Below, piece after piece: positions 62,301 to 64,000 of a stretch of 64,000 nt of DNA. A program made the translations under genes and the position numbers. The stretch comes from Saccostrea cucullata (taxonomy: Eukaryota), in NCBI RefSeq assembly GCF_032062105.1, contig NW_026934231.1, positions 558,001 to 622,000 on the forward strand, written 5' to 3'. The stretch's first letter is position 1. Each line of letters starts with the position of its first letter. The notes under the pieces were generated by a model, which saw only the letters and a program-made list of their open reading frames with translations, was not told where the DNA came from and did no database searches.

Positions 62301-63378
62301 CAAAAGCATTTACTTTTTATAGAAGAGATAATCATATCCTTGGTAACGCGATGTAGAACTGAAATGTTTATCCTCAGTGTCCAATAAATTTTTAATTTTC
62401 AAACTGCTATACGTGGATTCCTAGTTATCCAACGATAAGCAATCTCAATTTGAAAAGAAATCACTTGATAAAATATACCATGATGTTAAATATCATAAAG
62501 AAAAGTTTCGTTGTTGGGAATATTACATATTTCGAACATTCCAGAGTAACATGTGATTACTTGCAATTTCCAAACCACAGGGGCATCTTATCCACTCTGT
62601 TCTCTACTTCACATATAAAAATACACAAGGGAAGAATCGAAAGTAGCACACGATTTTTAAAAAAAGTCAAAAAACAACTTACTTGAGAAAAGTTACACAA
62701 ATCCTGAAAGGAACTAGCGCAAATAATGTCCTAGTACTTATCCAGGCTAAAATATTCCAGATATATCCATCGTAAATAGCTTTTATCCAACTAAAACCCC
62801 AGCTTTCTGCACAGTGTGAATCTCTACGCCCAAGAAAAGATAACTCACCCGGATGACAATAGGGTAGTACCCGAGGCCTTCCGAGTGCCATTGGAAGACT
62901 TCGGGCACTACCCTATTGTCATCCGGGTGAGTTATCTTTTCTTGGGCGTAGAGATTCACACTGTGCAGAAAGCTGGGGTTTTAGTTGGATAAAAGCTATT
63001 TACGATGGATATATCTGGAATATTTTAGCCTGGATAAGTACTAGGACATTATTTGCGCTAGTTCCTTTCAGGATTTGTGTAACTTTTCTCAAGTAAGTTG
63101 TTTTTTGACTTTTTTTAAAAATCGTGTGCTACTTTCGATTCTTCCCTTGTGTATTTTTATATGTGAAGTAGAGAACAGAGTGGATAAGATGCCCCTGTGT
63201 CCAAACAAAACAGCACAAAAAATACAAGCTTAAGCAAACTCAAGTTTCTTGTACTTCATAAAATTCAAATCTATACTTAATCTTTTCTTCATTTCCTTTT
63301 CATAATTCACAACAAACAATTCTAAATAGAACGATTGGGATGGATTTTAAACATAGGCATGATTGCACCTACCATCAT
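53317..63378 (-). CDS. CCT7: T-complex protein 1 subunit eta, 12 exons
   Basis: Exons 63378-63373 (MM), 61879-61726 ([15 protein letters not shown]...[10 protein letters not shown]), 61591-61485 (SNDGATIL), 61384-61259 (VGDGTTSV), 60670-60618, 60505-60334, 59872-59708 ([16 protein letters not shown]), 55978-55845, 54849-54697, 54525-54374, 53951-53763, 53543-53317 (GRGRGRPM stop). Confidence 0.97.
53995..54204. mobile_element. About 210-bp TACTGT...ACAGTA MITE
   Basis: tactgtgaaagcagaaatattcgtgggg / ccccacgaaaatttgtgcttttacagta. Confidence 0.7.
54981..55065 (-). ncRNA. SNORD35: Box C/D snoRNA, SNORD35 (U35/snR73)-like, copy 1
   Basis: Stem gacaggtgc/gcacctgtc; box C ATGATGT; guide CTCACGATGGTCT complementary to 28S AGACCGTCGTGAG; D' CTGA; CAATGCCA hairpin; box D CTGA. 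Matches recalled U35. Confidence 0.85.
55668..55754 (-). ncRNA. SNORD35: Box C/D snoRNA, SNORD35-like, copy 2
   Basis: ATGATGtttactcacgatggtcttCTGA...gacaatgccaataggctctgCTGA with terminal stem; identical guide. Confidence 0.85.
56312..58793. mobile_element. HINE/Helentron-like element
   Basis: Begins aactag...agggccccgc; ends with (gaca/gacg)n and stem-loop agggcacccgcaaattcttgcggggccct. Confidence 0.65.
57259..58461. mobile_element. TIR element with 5-bp TSD nested in the HINE
   Basis: TIR tagtgttaaatcta / tagatttaacacta; TSD ctact; empty site tctgcctactgaactacc visible in the duplicate unit at about 58614. Confidence 0.85.
60009..60202 (-). ncRNA. SNORA74: Box H/ACA snoRNA, SNORA74 (U19/snR191)-like, three hairpins
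   Basis: Hairpin 1 ccactgat..GTCAACT...GGTGTTACAtcagtgg, H box ATATAA, middle hairpin, TGAGAGTTGG...GACCATAG, terminal ACA plus 3 nt; about 194 nt, like recalled U19. Confidence 0.7.
61017..61211 (-). ncRNA. Unassigned box H/ACA RNA candidate
   Basis: Long 5' hairpin tcctcttctatatca...tgatgtagagagga, H box AGAGAA, second hairpin ggaag...gaga...tctc...cttcc, ACA plus ctt; sense to the host gene. Confidence 0.6.
61963..62070 (-). mobile_element. Degenerate tRNA-like repeat related in layout to 41032-41145
   Basis: Minus strand tagctcagttggtagagc...gggtttaattcctggtcaagcc...tttctcctttcctgttgcaca. Confidence 0.45.
62576..63199. mobile_element. Very young foldback element, 7-bp TSD (P-superfamily-like)
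   Basis: About 293-bp arms with no mismatch seen by eye, starting cacaggggcatc; about 10-nt loop; TSD tccaaac at 62569-62575 and 63200-63206. Confidence 0.88.
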
Positions 63379-64000
63379 TTTCGGCTAGTAACCATATTAT
63401 ACAGGAGAGTTCCAATACAAAAGAGGAATAACTCTTGTTCCTCCTTGTCAAAAAAGAAGATTTTCGCATTGTAAATTTTGTCTTTGTGTGATTTATGATT
63501 ATTTACTCAACGAAAGAAGCAAAATTTAATAAAAAAAAATTAGGAATGATTATACAGAAATTATTCGTTTTTATTACATCAGATCGGGTTCACGTGTTTC
63601 ATATTTAGTTTCACTTTCACTTTTTTCTCGACAGTCAGATACTGATAGTGAGATAGACCTGGACGTATGGAAAGACAGAGCCACTGCAACAAGCTAAATC
63701 ATGACGAGGACGAATTGTAGTTTGACAATTTTATTATGAATTTAACATGGTAGTTTAGTGTAATACTTGGATGATACCTTTATTTCAACAAAATTTAATG
63801 TTGAACAATTCAAGGTTTGATGGTAAGCCTTCTGGACCATGCGTTCAACCAAATTATTTGGACTGACTGGAGTAAAACTTTTTGTGTGCTGTTCATCGGC
63901 GATCGAATTATGATACATGAAATGTAATCGATACAATAGATTTTCCAGTTTTTTCTCCGTGTCTTTGTCTGAACTGTTATAACATTTTAAAGTGAAAGGA

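Noticed and set aside
63666-63720. First coding exon of a gene divergent from CCT7 (MERQSHCNKLNHDEDE)
   Set aside because: Too short, weak donor and the window ends; cannot be supported.

Overview
AT-rich, intron-containing animal genomic DNA. The repeat families resemble those of an oyster-like bivalve; this is inference. Five conserved spliced genes were reconstructed by hand: a PGC-1/PPRC1 coactivator (-, 1455-7699), a C6orf163-like coiled-coil gene (+, 12109-21979), EXOSC1/CSL4 (-, 24677-27107), FRA10AC1 (+, 27358-34049) and CCT7 (-, 53317-63378). There is also an unrecognised single-ORF 722-aa multipass membrane protein (+, 37898-40066) and a fragmented Gypsy pol/integrase. Introns hide at least six snoRNA candidates: two SNORD80-like in PPRC1; two SNORD35-like, one SNORA74/U19-like and one unassigned H/ACA in CCT7. 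The two SNORD35 copies share one intron and are separated by a retained AG|GT junction that may be a recursive splice site. The head-to-head pair EXOSC1/FRA10AC1 each carry a U12-type intron. The rest is densely nested non-autonomous DNA transposons, many with unusual 5- or 6-bp TSDs, plus Helentron-type repeats and a tRNA-containing mini-LTR. Gene and snoRNA names rest on recalled sequences, not database searches.
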